Made by a program: the position numbers and the translations under genes
The notes under the pieces: generated by a model
What the model was told of the DNA's origin: nothing
Database searches by the model: none
Seen by the model: only the letters and a program-made list of their open reading frames with translations
Part shown: positions 10,780 through 23,300 of the stretch, one piece after another
Numbering within the stretch: the first letter of the stretch is position 1
How the letters are laid out: every line of letters starts with the position of its first letter
Source: Azolla caroliniana
Lineage: Eukaryota > Plantae > Polypodiophyta
Assembly: GCA_043228905.1 (NCBI GenBank)
Contig: JBHGNT010000002.1
Span: 17,174,001-17,238,000, forward strand
Direction: 5' to 3'
Length of the DNA stretch: 64,000 bases

Positions 10780-12186
10780 TTCAAATGACCTGGTGTTGTT
10801 TTGTCGGCTTGGACCGACATGGAAGCTCCCCCTTCTTCCGAATGTTCCTCGGTTGTTTTCGCTTTCTTGCCGAAATTGGGAGTTGTTTTCATAGGTCGGA
10901 CCTTGTCCACCTCGTCCTTGGCCGAATCAGCCTCTTCTTGCTTGACCGCGTCCTCTTCCTCCATCCGAGTGTGTGTCGAACATTTGAACTTCCCAGGTGT
11001 TGCCCTTGGTTCGAACATGGTTTTCTTCAACGAATAAAAATGATTGAAGATCGAAGAAAGAGGGAGGATTCTCCCTTGCTAGAACAACGGTTCTCATCGC
11101 GCTAAACTGTGGTACGAGGCCACCTAAGCATATTTGCACCATCTCATCATCCTCAAGATTGATGCTTATTGAGCCAAGTGAATCACAAAGATCCTTGATC
11201 ATCAAGGTGTAGCTTGTGATGGACATGCCCCTTTGTTGGATGTTGTTCAACTCTTGGCGGAGTTGAAGCTTTCTTGCGGTTGTGTTGGCCGCGAAAATAT
11301 TCCTTAGATTCTCCCACGCTTCTTTTGGCGTCTTTGCTTCTCGAATGTAGCCGAGCATGTGGTCATGGACACATGTCGCCAAGCAATACATCACTCGGCT
11401 TGCCGCTTGCTCCCATGTTGAGTAGTTGGTGTCCTTTGGATTTGGTTTGTTTTCTTGTGCTCCTTGAATGTAGCCCCAATAGCCTTGGCTGACAAGGTAT
11501 TAGTGCATCTTGTACTCCCAAGATGCAAATTTGTTTCTGTCCAACTTCTCACTAGGAGAGCGCTCCCCATTTGAGTATTTATTATGTCGATGAAGATGTC
11601 CGTCTTCTTCTTCCTTAGACACGAGCTATGTAGTGGCACCACGATAGCGGATAGCCGGATTTGTTGTCGGCATATCGAACACACAACCACTATGAGTCGA
11701 GTGGTCTTAGTGGATATGCTAAACCATGTGTTCAGATGCCTTGTAAAGAATTGAGTGTGATTCTATGCAATGGAATAGATTAAGGATTTGTGTTTTGGGT
11801 GTGTGAAAAAGGAGAGCAGAGACACACGATAGATGAAGAACTGAAGAAGATGGATATTAACAAGGAGTAGAAAATAGCAAGTACAAAGGTAATAACATTA
11901 CAAGGGAGATTCACTGACTGTTACAAAGTAGGAGGGTGCTTTATATACGATCACCATCTCTCTTCATTAACTCACTAAAGGCCCACTCTCTGTCTAGAAC
12001 CTTGGGGAGTGTTGAGACTCATTAGTCATGGGGAATATGGAACTCATTTGTTGTGTGTCATAGAATATGATTTTATTAAACATAGTTAATGTGTAGAAAG
12101 TAGTGGTGACTTTTGACCTTTGAGTGCACATAGATTCTCAAAAGGTATGTTCACACACAAGACTAGGTTCAGCTTGATTCTCAACA
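10780..12186 (-). mobile_element. truncated Ty1/Copia: 5' LTR 11742-12186 plus gag remnant
   Basis: gag MMYCLATCVHDHMLGYIREAKTPKEAW..., homologous to 26743-27200. Degenerate Met-PBS at ~11730-11741. The LTR matches 47817-48175. Confidence 0.8.
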
Positions 12187-12468
12187 AACCGAATTGTTGT
12201 CGGTTGTGAGGTGATTCCCATTGTCCATCCATGGAAAATATTACATTATAAAATTTCTCTAGTTTTTGGTTTTTACTATACCTCACCTTTGAAGGCATCA
12301 AATAATTTCATAAAAAAAAACATACAATCAATTTGTATGCTTGTTAACATTACACATGGCATGATTCAATTTGATAACACTAATTTGGGTAACATTGTTG
12401 AGTTCGAAAAACCTTTGTCCTATATGATGCCTTAAAAGCAACTCTATTCTGCTTAACATTATCCCATC

Positions 12469-13363
12469 TAGCAATCGACAATGGTTAAGTTTGAGCCAAA
12501 CCAAACCTCATAATCTAAGGCTGGACTCTATTTAACCAATTTGATTTTGTTCAATTGACATTTGGAAATTTGTAAATGGTTCGGTTTGGTTTGAGGTTTT
12601 TATCGGATTAATGGTTTGCAGTTTAACTGGTTTTAACTGAACTTTAATTGGTTTAAATGGTTTGAATGGTTTAGGGCTACAACCATTTTTTAATGTTGAT
12701 CAAATATGAATTAACTTTATATAGTTTTAGTTAAGAGCTTAAGAGTTTTAGCCTATTTAATAAGTTATAATATTTGAGGTTCATCATTTTCTTTTTTTTT
12801 AGTGTAGAATTTAGGGTTTAGGGTTTAGCATTTAGAGTTCGAGCATTATTGTCTCATACTATTGTCATTCATGTTTATCACATGAGTTTTTTGTATTTTC
12901 AAAATGTTTAAGTTTAGATTGATTTTCGTATTTTTATTGTTGCATATTTTGTTAGTGGTTTGACTTTTAAATCATTTGAGAAACTAAGTGTTTTATCAGT
13001 GTAAAGTATTTAATTGATTTCTTGATCTAAGTTAAAAGTATTTAGATGGCTTGTTAAAATTATGATGTAAGTGTTTGTTAATAAAAAACATACATTTGAG
13101 AAATTGAGTGTATAGTTGTCGATAATTTGGTTTGCATTGAAACTGAACATGCAATTGCGGTGTAACAACTTAATGACTTGGAAATTTGTTCAACGGTTTG
13201 GTTTGAACATGGAAATCCCTCTAACTTTTTGGTTTAAATGGTTTACGACGGGGTTTCACAGTTCGATTTGGTTCAATTTAGGTTTCAATATTTTTAAGCA
13301 ATTTGTGTTTACGACTCCCAAACTTAACAAAACTGAATAGAACCGAACGGTTGACGATTGCTA
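12469..13363. mobile_element. non-autonomous hAT element/MITE (895 bp)
   Basis: 13-bp TIRs TAGCAATCG(A/T)CAA, 8-bp TSD ATCCCATC/ATCCTATC, subterminal GGTTT/AACC repeats. Confidence 0.8.
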
Positions 13364-15130
13364 ATCCTATCCCTGATGAACAAACATGGACACATCAAAT
13401 GTACAATTGGAACAACATTCGATGATGACCATACCCTCAACACAAGAAGCCCAAAGCTATGATAAAGACTCATGGTCACACTCAGACCAACCTTTAAAAA
13501 GATAGGTGTTTCCTCATATGACATATGTAATAAGGGACCACATAAGTCCAACGTGTTCTTGATATACACTAATAAGTTTGAGGAATGAAAAATGTGCTCT
13601 AACAAGGTGCACATGTCACACTCACCCACCAACACATTCTAGCTAAGGGTACATGCTCATAACACTACACACAACCAAAAAGTGCATGATCACCAATCAC
13701 TTATGCACTTTGACACTTACGACATAAATTTCACCTCATCACACATATATGCTTGAGCAAAGAGGAGACAATCAGCAAAACCTCCATGCTCTAGAAAAAA
13801 ACTTGCATTCACACCACTCATACACATTATAACAAAGAGCATGGGTCGTACACGCATATGCTCTAGAAAAAAACCTGTGTTTACTAGACAATCATCTCCA
13901 CATCTCTCACATTCACCATTTACGAGATAATACAGTATTGGTGGAGCCATAACAATGAGGAATCATGTCCACATCTCTCACATTCACCAAGCCCCACCAC
14001 TTCTGCAAACCAAATGTCTTGTCATCACCACACTTAGATACTAGATTGTATGCATACTATTGGCCCCACATAAAATCTCCACATAATAAATTAAAATGGC
14101 TAAGATTATTAGAATCAATGTCCACTTCATCAACACCAATTTAGACACACTAGACTTCGACACCCAGTTCACCTTTTTTTTTTCACCTCTATGAGGTCTT
14201 GAGTGAGAGTCCATTGGTCTCGACAAGCAACATTCAAGGAAGTACAAATCTTTGGTGCTTTCCACTTCTTCACACTTCATTATCTAGTCTAGAGTTGTCT
14301 ATCTTTTGGTTTGTGAGAGAGACTACTTAAGTTTTGAAGCATTCCATCTTAAGTGCTTACAACTAGATTGTATAAACATGGTATTTAGCTAACTTCAAGT
14401 AAATGTGTTAAGTCTCAATAATGATACCATTTTCTTAATTAAGTTATTGTGTTAAGAGAGAAGAGACAGAGAGACAGAGAGAGCGAGAGCGAGAGCTTGT
14501 CTAGGGCTCTTAACAAGATCATTAGTAGCTTACAAATGATTGGTGGCATTCTTACCCATGTCGCTAATAATACGATAGACAATGATTTAATCTCACACAT
14601 GACTTCGGTGAAAAGGATAACTGTCATTGAGATTAACTCATGGGTCTGGTGTTATTTGCCTTGCCGATATAGTGTTGATTGATATTCTGTAGATTGATTA
14701 GTATGATTAAAACTTGTTATGCTAATCCAACTTCATGCATCATACTTTAAGACATGTATCATGAATGAATCCCAAACCTCTCTTTTTAGAGCATCCATTA
14801 GACTATATATAAAGGGCAATACTAGCAGACATAAATCACCTAGCAATAATTCCAATCTCCCAATAGACAGAACTTGGTATAAGAATAATCAAAGCTTAAT
14901 ACATGGAACTACATCATTTGTTGCATAAATGCTAATGAGCCATATGTGTTCCCTCTCATAATTGAACTAGACTATTACGAAATGTATACGTACATCAAAA
15001 CCACGATAGGTTTAAGACTATCCCCTATAATAGTCAAGAAATCAGACCTTGGCTTCTTAGCTTGATTCTTATGCTCCACTCTATGATGGAAAATGTAATG
15101 AATTAAGATTTAATTTTAATAAGGATCAAG

Positions 15131-17800
15131 TGTTACGAGCATGACCATATAATATCCCGTGGTAAGATTGTACTATAGTATTCTATACATGTGGATAAAA
15201 TGTGAGGGTTAAACGAGAGTGTAAAGAAGGGAAGGATTACTTTTAATCCTTGGGATTGAGACAACCCATTAAGGCCAAGGTAAACTTGCCTGCGGCCCTT
15301 AGGTCTGGCTATAAATATGAGGCCTAGCTACCCTCATTTGACACATTATTGACTACGTCAAGACACTGTCCTTGTGGTGGATCAACTCTTGTAGCGAGCG
15401 TGCCAGTACCAGGTATGACTCGATGTCACAACGATGGTATGGGACGCCGATTGAGGCTCGAGTCCGTCTCTATCCCTTTGCTCGGGGGTGGTCGAGTGGA
15501 TCGGCACCCTTCGTTGTCTCTGTCTCGTTTCTATCTATCTATTCATCAAATCCTTATCATATGCTTATATTAGGATCTAACTCTAACAATTGGTATCAGA
15601 GCTTTTATTCTCATGTTTCTTTTGTTGATAGTTTTTTTCTTCTTCTTGTTGGATGGTGATTGATCAATGTGCGATCGAGCTTGATCCAGATAGCTATCAA
15701 GAAAAGAACTTCCACAACTCTTTCTTAATTTATTTCTATTCTTTCTTGTCCCAATCTAATCATGTATAGTCAATATGTAATTTTTTCATTTAAAATTCAA
15801 TTATGTTGAGTGGTAATAATTGGTTGTATAAAATGTATACATATGTGTATGAGATCAATACCTCATTTGACATATATTTGATATGTGATTTGTGTCATAT
15901 GCGTACGAGGTTAATACCTCAATTGCGTGTTACGTTCACATACATATGTTATGTATGTGTATGAGATCAATACCTCGATTTCTATGTAAATGATATGCAA
16001 TTTGTGTCGTATGCGTAAGAAGTCAATACCTGAATTGAGTATTACGTTCACGCTTATTTTGGATGTTTTGTGTGCGTAGAGGCTATATGCCTCGATTACG
16101 TATCCCGATTGTAAACATCATTCGTTGGCTATGTTATGTTATGATTTTTTTAAATATATGCATATGTAATCACATGTATACATGTTTAATCGTATACATG
16201 TGATAAACATAAAAATGTGTATACTAGTGTTTATTACGTGATTTTGGAATATCGAACATTGTCCTTTTTGGGGAAAGGAACTGGGTGGCCGTCCTCACAT
16301 TTTTTGTGAGAAAGACATAGTCACCATCCTTTAAACAATTTTTGTTTTTGTTATTCCCCTTGGTCACCTCGATTTCGCTACATGTTAGAACGAAACGATC
16401 ATAGCCACAATGATGTTGAGAGCGTAGGGCTTGACCCACTTCATGTGAGGTCGCCTGTACGACACACACATCCAACATTCCTCACTCGTTACATGGTTAC
16501 TATGCCACCATGAGATCATCATTAGGGAAGGCATTCATAAGGACGTAACCATGTGATGGGTCACGTGGGCCCACTACGAAAAGAGGGATCATGTGGCTTG
16601 ACCATTAGGTTGCACTTTGGGTTATGTCATCATGATGATGAGACTTGAGGTTGGGTAAAGTACCAACATAGTTTTCTTGTTAACATGGGCGAAATAAGGT
16701 TTCTAGACAGATGTTTTATTTTAAAAAACATATATGGGCAAATGCCTTCGCATATCCCTCATACGCATAAAACATTAAACATTCAATACGAGCGGCCTAT
16801 GGTTAGTTCAGGTGTTTAATGGCTTTGTTCTCGAGGTCTCGAGGTCAAATATGACTAAGACCATACAATATTATTGATACATATGACTATAAAATATGTT
16901 TAGACTTTAGGTCTAAGTGCACTTTGGGGTCCTCGTAATAGGACTTAAAGAGCCGAAACCATATGGGTGGGCACAGAGACATAGTTTATTGTTAACATTT
17001 TTTCTTGTAGAAACTATTCATGATACGAGCATGCATGGTTGAGCCTCGGGGAGCCGCCATGAAAAAATCGATATAGAGATAAGGGAAAGACATTCATTTG
17101 TCACCCCCATGGTTTTTAAAACACCTTTGTGTTACCATAGTAACTTGATCTTGAACCTCATCTCATATGTCTAGAGGGGTATTGATGTGAGATCATGATA
17201 TCGATTAATGTTTGCCCATGATATGTTTACATCACAACATGATGTTATGACTATTTGACTAACCTTATACTATTTATTTGCCAGAAATTATCATTCAATG
17301 GCTATTAATAACGACCCGATGGCATCCGCCCAACCAGAAGGAATTCAAGGAAATTCTCTTGGGCCAATCCCCATTGAGTCGTATATTTTACAAATATAAA
17401 ATTTCCTTGATTCTACCTTGCACGAGATTTCCGAACTTCGGCAATCTCATAGTGCTCTCGAGGCACGTGTCATTAGTATACAACGTGATACTAATAGATC
17501 CGATGAGCGTCAAGGTGAACCGACATTTGTCGTAAAGTCATTTACGGGAGAAAAAAAGGAAAGAACTGAGCAATTTGCACGTGGCTGGGCCGATGGGAGT
17601 CTCATTTTGAGCTCTATCCCAAGCTAGATAGTACGAAGATTGCATATGTTGGTCGAGAACTAGGGGGTAAGGCTGCTGCTTGTTGCATGGGCTCCGCAAT
17701 TTGGGGAATTTGCCTAATACCGAGACAAACTTTGTCAAGGGTCAATTTTTGCAACCTCCATCTCGAACAGAAGCAGCACAAGCTTTAATGAAGCCCTCTA
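15131..17800 (+). mobile_element. decayed LTR retroelement: LTR 15131-15588, Met PBS, long leader, possible gag remnant from ~17298
   Basis: TGTTA...TAACA termini, CTATAAAT at ~15309, TGGTATCAGAGC at 15591-15602. The 3' boundary is uncertain. Confidence 0.65.
15840..16110. repeat. degenerate tandem repeat (~55-60 bp subunits containing TCAATACCTC)
   Basis: Recurring GAG(A/G)TCAATACCTC motif. Confidence 0.6.
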
Positions 17801-17880
17801 GTCGTAAATTTTCCTCTCTAGAAGACTATGTTCACCATGCTAGAGCCTAAATCCAAAACATTAGGATCTAGCTCTAACAT

Positions 17881-17985
17881 CAAGTGTACATGCAATAAAG
17901 ATAATAAATTATGTGTTGTATTTGTTATGTGCAAGTGTACATGCAATAAAGATAATAAATTATGTGTTGTATTTGTTATGTGCAT
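17881..17985. repeat. ~51-bp tandem duplication
   Basis: CAAGTGTACATGCAATAAAGATAATAAATTATGTG... occurs twice. Confidence 0.85.
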
Positions 17986-18669
17986 GTGTGGAGGGTGATA
18001 GGATAGAGGGCACAACAACAAAACCAATAGAAAATGGATAAAATAAATGGACTCCACCACATTGTATTTTCGAGTCATATGTGAATTGTTTTTTTCATAC
18101 AAAACTGAAAATGATAAAATTTCATGAAACTTCTCCCAAGTTATCTATAGCTACAAGTATAAGTGATATTAATGAGAGGATTATTATTATTTTCCACTTG
18201 AATGCATGATTGATTGAAGAATAGTTTATGCAAGGCCATGACCTAAAAGAGCAACCAACCAACCAACCTAGTGGCAATTTTCGCGGATTGAAATAGATGT
18301 TTAAACCTTCTAATATATGTGATTCATCCAAAAAATGATGTTGAAGAATGATTGTTTTATGTTTAGAAGTTGACCACAAATCTTAAGTGTGAGAGCACAA
18401 GTTAAACATGGTCATTGGGGACCACCACGACCACCACAACAACAAATTAGCACACTTGATGATGTTCCACATAGAAAATGTTAGGCTAGATATCTATGTC
18501 AATTGTCAATAAATTTAATTCACTCTCTTTTCATGAGCTACCCACATGTATTTAAAATCAATACTAGGGTACCCATCACCACTTGAATCACTATTTTACC
18601 AAAGTTCCTCAATAGTTGAGAGGAAACATTTGGCATTTAAAAGAAAGAAAAGAAATTCCTGGATGCCAG

Positions 18670-19180
18670 CTTTTGCAATGAAGCCATTGCCGATTCGCTG
18701 TTTCGATCAATTTGAGTAGTATTATAAACAAAAAAAGAACTGTGGATGAAGGCATTGCCCCCGATTGACCATTTCGATGGATTGAACCAGTGATTTCATT
18801 AGCGTTATAAACAAACAAAAAAACTCTCTACGAAGGCATTGCCCAATTGGCCATTGGCCATTTCGATGAGTCGAACCTGTGATTTGATTAGCTTTTGCGA
18901 TGAAGCCATTGCCTATTGACTGCTTCGATCGATTAGATTAGTGTTATAAACAAAACAAAAAAACTCTAGATGAAGGCATTGCCCAATTGACCATTGGCCA
19001 TTACAATGGATCTCGAACCTGTGATTTGATTAGCTTTTGCGATGAAGCCATTGCCGATTGGCTGGTTCGATCGATTAGATTAGTGTTATAAACAAAAAAG
19101 AAAACTCTCAATGAAGGCATTGCCCGATTGACCATTGGCCATTTCGATGCATCTCGAACCTGTGATTTGATTAGCATTAT
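18670..19180. repeat. ~142-bp tandem repeat (~3.5 units)
   Basis: GAAGCCATTGCC...GAAGGCATTGCCCAATTGACCATTGGCCATT...CGAACCTGTGATTTGATTAGC recurs at ~18681, 18901 and 19043. Confidence 0.85.
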
Positions 19181-19536
19181 AATGTGATGCGAATGTGTCC
19201 ACGGCTTTTTGAGGTGCCAATAACATGTGTGGCTTTTTGATTGGCACCTTGGGGAAGGAAGGAAGGAAGGAAGGAAGAAGAAAGCATTTTTCATTAGCTC
19301 TCTAGGGAAAGCTAAAAAGAGAAGAGAAGAAAACACATTGGATTCACAAAAATACAGAGACTCATTAAGGAGTTACAAAAACGTAGGAACCCAAAAACAG
19401 AGAAAAGCTTTCAAAAGGGATTCATTCATTCATTCATTGAAGAGAATCCAGCAGTTACATTCCTAGCCCCCCTTAATCTTATGTTTGTTTTAAAGCTGTT
19501 AAATTTGTTTTTTCTTTTTTCTTTTTCTTTCTGATT

Positions 19537-20211
19537 CTACAAGAAGTGTGGCGTGCAGAAGAAAGGGGCCAAAATTCGGGCAAAATGAAGCTGTGTTGGG
19601 TTCACAACGTCGGGGGCGCATTTGTAATCACAATAAACATGCTTTGGGCCGTCATTAACGCCCTGATTAGCCCCTAAAGGCTCAGAATTAGACCCTAATG
19701 ACCCATCATTAGTGGGCGAATGAGCGTCACTCACCAGGTGGTGGTAAGCCAGATAACACGCCATCCACCAATTAATGATTCGATCTCGCCCATCCTCCAT
19801 TGCCTCATTAATCTCGCGATGTGCGTTAATTAATCCAGGGCTCAGATCGATGTGCTCCTCCATTAATGAAGGATTTCCAGCCGCAATAATCTTCTCTCGC
19901 TGATCAATCACTGGATTCATCCCTAGGGCATTAGGTTTTAATCTGCAGATTGGGCGGACGATCTTCTCCTTCCAAAAAGGAAAGGATCCAGGACCCAAAA
20001 AGGCATAGCTGCTTCGATCTGAATTAATCTCATGACGATGGTGTGCCAATCCTTCTTCCTGCAGGTAGATCCGTCGATGATGATGATGATGATGATGATC
20101 ATACAGGTGATGATGGAGGGGAGGGACTAATCCATCGTTGAGCTCCTGCATTAATCCATAAAGCGCCGATCTTTTCTGCTTTTGCTTCTGCTTCTTCTTC
20201 TTTATCTTCAT
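19537..20211 (-). CDS. putative host orphan protein (224 aa; basic N-terminus, poly-His)
   Basis: Uninterrupted single-exon ORF in non-TE-looking sequence, with UTR-like flanks and promoter motifs beyond the Copia insertion. No recognisable domain. Confidence 0.4.
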   Translation of the reverse strand: MKIKKKKQKQKQKRSALYGLMQELNDGLVPPLHHHLYDHHHHHHHRRIYLQEEGLAHHRHEINSDRSSYAFLGPGSFPFWKEKIVRPICRLKPNALGMNPVIDQREKIIAAGNPSLMEEHIDLSPGLINAHREINEAMEDGRDRIINWWMACYLAYHHLVSDAHSPTNDGSLGSNSEPLGANQGVNDGPKHVYCDYKCAPDVVNPTQLHFARILAPFFCTPHFL

Positions 20212-20329
20212 GTCTGCTTGGACTGATTTTTAATCTGCTGCTGAATATGTGTAATTATGTATATATGTATATGTATATGGATTTATTTTATTTCATTAAT
20301 TTAGAATATTTAATTGAATTTGTTTGTTA

Positions 20330-23300
20330 TGTTGAATCTGGAGTAATGGAGGCGGACGAGCTGCTGTTTTCTGGCCTGCACAGAAAATGTCGAACACACA
20401 CACACACAGAGAAAAACAGCACACACGAAAAAAACAGAAAAGAGAAAGACAAAACTTTTTGGGGGCCAATGAAACCCTCATTTCTATTAGTTTATATACC
20501 TATGCGTAAATAGTAAGAAATTACAGATTTGGCCTTTTCTTACTATCAATCTCCCACTAAAAGGCCAAACTAGGGATCAACAAAGCTGATGGGGAGATTG
20601 AACAAGACCTACACATCCTACTTGATGAGTATGTTACACAATGTACAAGAAACAATGTGTAACCTCATGACCTAAGTTATCCCCATCAAGTGGCAGCAAT
20701 GCTCTAGTGCTTCGTGCGATAGAGCCTTGGTCAACGCATCTGCGGCATTGTCTTGAGAGACAACTTTCTCAAGACTAATATAGCCAGCAGCTATGCATTC
20801 TCGAATGAAGTGATATCTCACTCCAATGTGCTTGGTCTTCGCATGGTATACTGGGTTTTTAGCCAATGCAATGGCACTCTGACTATCACAAAACAATATG
20901 GGTACAAGCTTAGATATGCCCATGTCACAAGCTAATCTGGACAGCCATACGGCTTCCTTACAAGCTTCGCTAGCTGCGACATACTCTGCTTCTGTAGTGG
21001 ACAGAGCAGTACATTTTTGGAGACGAGATCTCCAAGATATCGCACCTCCCATAAACTGAAAAATATATCCTGAAGTGGATTTTCTGCTGTCAGAGCAGCC
21101 AGCATAATCAGAATCTGTGTATCCGATGATGGATACAGTTCCACCACCTAAACATAGACACCTATTCTTAGTGCCACACAGATATCTTAAAATCAGTTTA
21201 ACTGCCTCCCAATGTTTATTACCAGGATTGGACATAAATCTGCTCACAGCTCCCACTGCGAAAGCAATGTCTGGTCTGGTCGCTATCATAGCGTACATAA
21301 GACTCCCAACAGCGGATTGATAAGGAACCTTGGACATGAATTTCTTGTCCTCATCGGATGTGGGGCAATCACGTGTGCTCAGATTTACATATGAAGGTAG
21401 TGGAGTGCTTAACGGCTTCGCATTCTCCATATTAAACCTCATGAGCACTTTCGATATGTACTCAGCCTGAGACAAGTAAATACATCGCTTACTCCTATCA
21501 CGAGTGATACGCATACCAAGAATATGTTTTGCATCTCCCAAATCCTTCATGTCAAAATTCTGGCTCAAGTTTTTCTTTAACGAGGATAACTCATCCTTGT
21601 TTTTACCAGCAATAAGCATGTCATCAACATATAATATCAATGTGATAAAACTCCCATCTGAACAGTTTTTCGTATAAAGACATGCATCTTCATTGCTTCT
21701 AGTACATCCTTGAGTCTTCATAAAGGCATCAAATTTCTGATACCATAACCTCGGGGACTGCTTAAGCCCATACAAACTCTTCTTGAGCTTACATACCAAA
21801 TGTTCTTTTCCCAATACTTCATAACCTTCTGGTTGTTCCATATAAATGTCCTCATCAAGGTCCCCATGCAAGAAAGCAGTCTTCACATCCATTTGGACAA
21901 GTTCCAAATTCTGATTTGCAGCCAATGAAAGCAACATACGTAATGTAGTCATCTTAACTACAGGAGAAAAGGTTTCATCAAAGTCAATTCCATATTCTTG
22001 CTTGAAACCTTTTGCAACCAAGCGTGCTTTATACTTTGGAGAAGCACTATCAGATGTATACTTATACTTGTATACCCATTTGCATGGCAATGCTTTCCTG
22101 TCCTTTGGCAAAGGTACTAAATCCCAAGTACCATTTTTATAAATGCTGTCCAATTCACTTTGCATGGCCTGTTTCCATTTCACATGGTCATTTACAGATA
22201 TGGCTTCATTGTAACATGAAGGCTCACCGGCATCTGTTAGCATTACATAATCAGCAAACTTACTAGGTGCCTTGGGCACACGCATAGATCTCCTCAATGA
22301 ATCCTGAACCTGAGTGCCATCAGGTTGTGCATGAGAAACCTCATTCTGAGCATCATCATTATGAGCATATTCTTGCTGAAAAACATCATTTTGCACATCA
22401 TTGTGCTGAGCATTATCATTTTGGGCATCTTCATCCTGGTCAATAACAGTTTTTTGTGACTGCGGAGCATCTACATCAATAAGATTTTTCTGTTTTTCAT
22501 CAACAAAAGGCGTACTATCTTTAAATGCAACCTTTCTCACTTCTACCTCCTTTACGGACTGTTTATGCATTTTGTTCTCGTCAAAAACAACATCACTACT
22601 TCTGACCACAGTACGTGTGTCAGGGTCCCATAAGCGATATCCAAACTGTCCATCAATTCCGTAACCAAGAAATATACATTTTCTGCATTTATAGTCTAAT
22701 TTCTTTCTTAAAGTTTTTGGAATGTGTACATACGCTTCGCATCCAAAAACTCTAAGATGAGCATAATGAGGTGTCTTGCCAGTCCACACCTCTTGTGCCA
22801 CTCTTAGACCTATGGCTGTGTTCGGTGATAGGTTAATCACATGGACTGCTGTTAAAACAGCTTCTGCCCAAAAGCCTTGCGAGAGGTTTGCATGGTGTAG
22901 CATGGAGACAACTCTGTCCTGGATGGTTCTATTCATCCTCTCAGCCACACCATTTTGGACAGGGGTGTAAGGAGCTGTAAACTCTCTCCGAATACCTCTA
23001 GACTTACAAAAGTCAACAAATTCGTGAGAGGTATACTCACCTCCATTGTCCGAACGTAAAGCCTTAAGCTTTATGTCCTTTTCTAGCTCAACCGAACTAA
23101 GCCATTTTCTGAAAGTGGGGTATACATCATCCTTTCCCTTAATTGGATAAGCCCAAACTTTCCTAGTGGCATCATCAATGAAAGTAACAAAATATAGGGC
23201 ACCACCCAAAGATCTTGTGGGCATAGGTCCACAAACATCCGTGTGGACAAGATCCAATGGTTTAGTGGATGAGTTTACACTAGTCTTATGTGCACTTCTA

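Noticed and set aside
12810-12828. Telomere or chromosome-fusion scar
   Set aside because: Fewer than three units, and they lie inside a MITE.
14450-14515. TGTTAAGAG...CTCTTAACA inverted ends around a GA microsatellite (mini-LTR?)
   Set aside because: Only 66 bp, no TSD (TATTG vs AGATC), no adjacent PBS or PPT.
16790-16860. Weak SINE/tRNA-like A/B boxes
   Set aside because: Too degenerate to support by eye.
20110-20150. Possible miR390/TAS3 target site
   Set aside because: Too many mismatches to the miR390 complement and no second site seen.
20247-20513. Duplicated small ORFs (also 25233-25496)
   Set aside because: They are simply translations of the two Copia LTRs.
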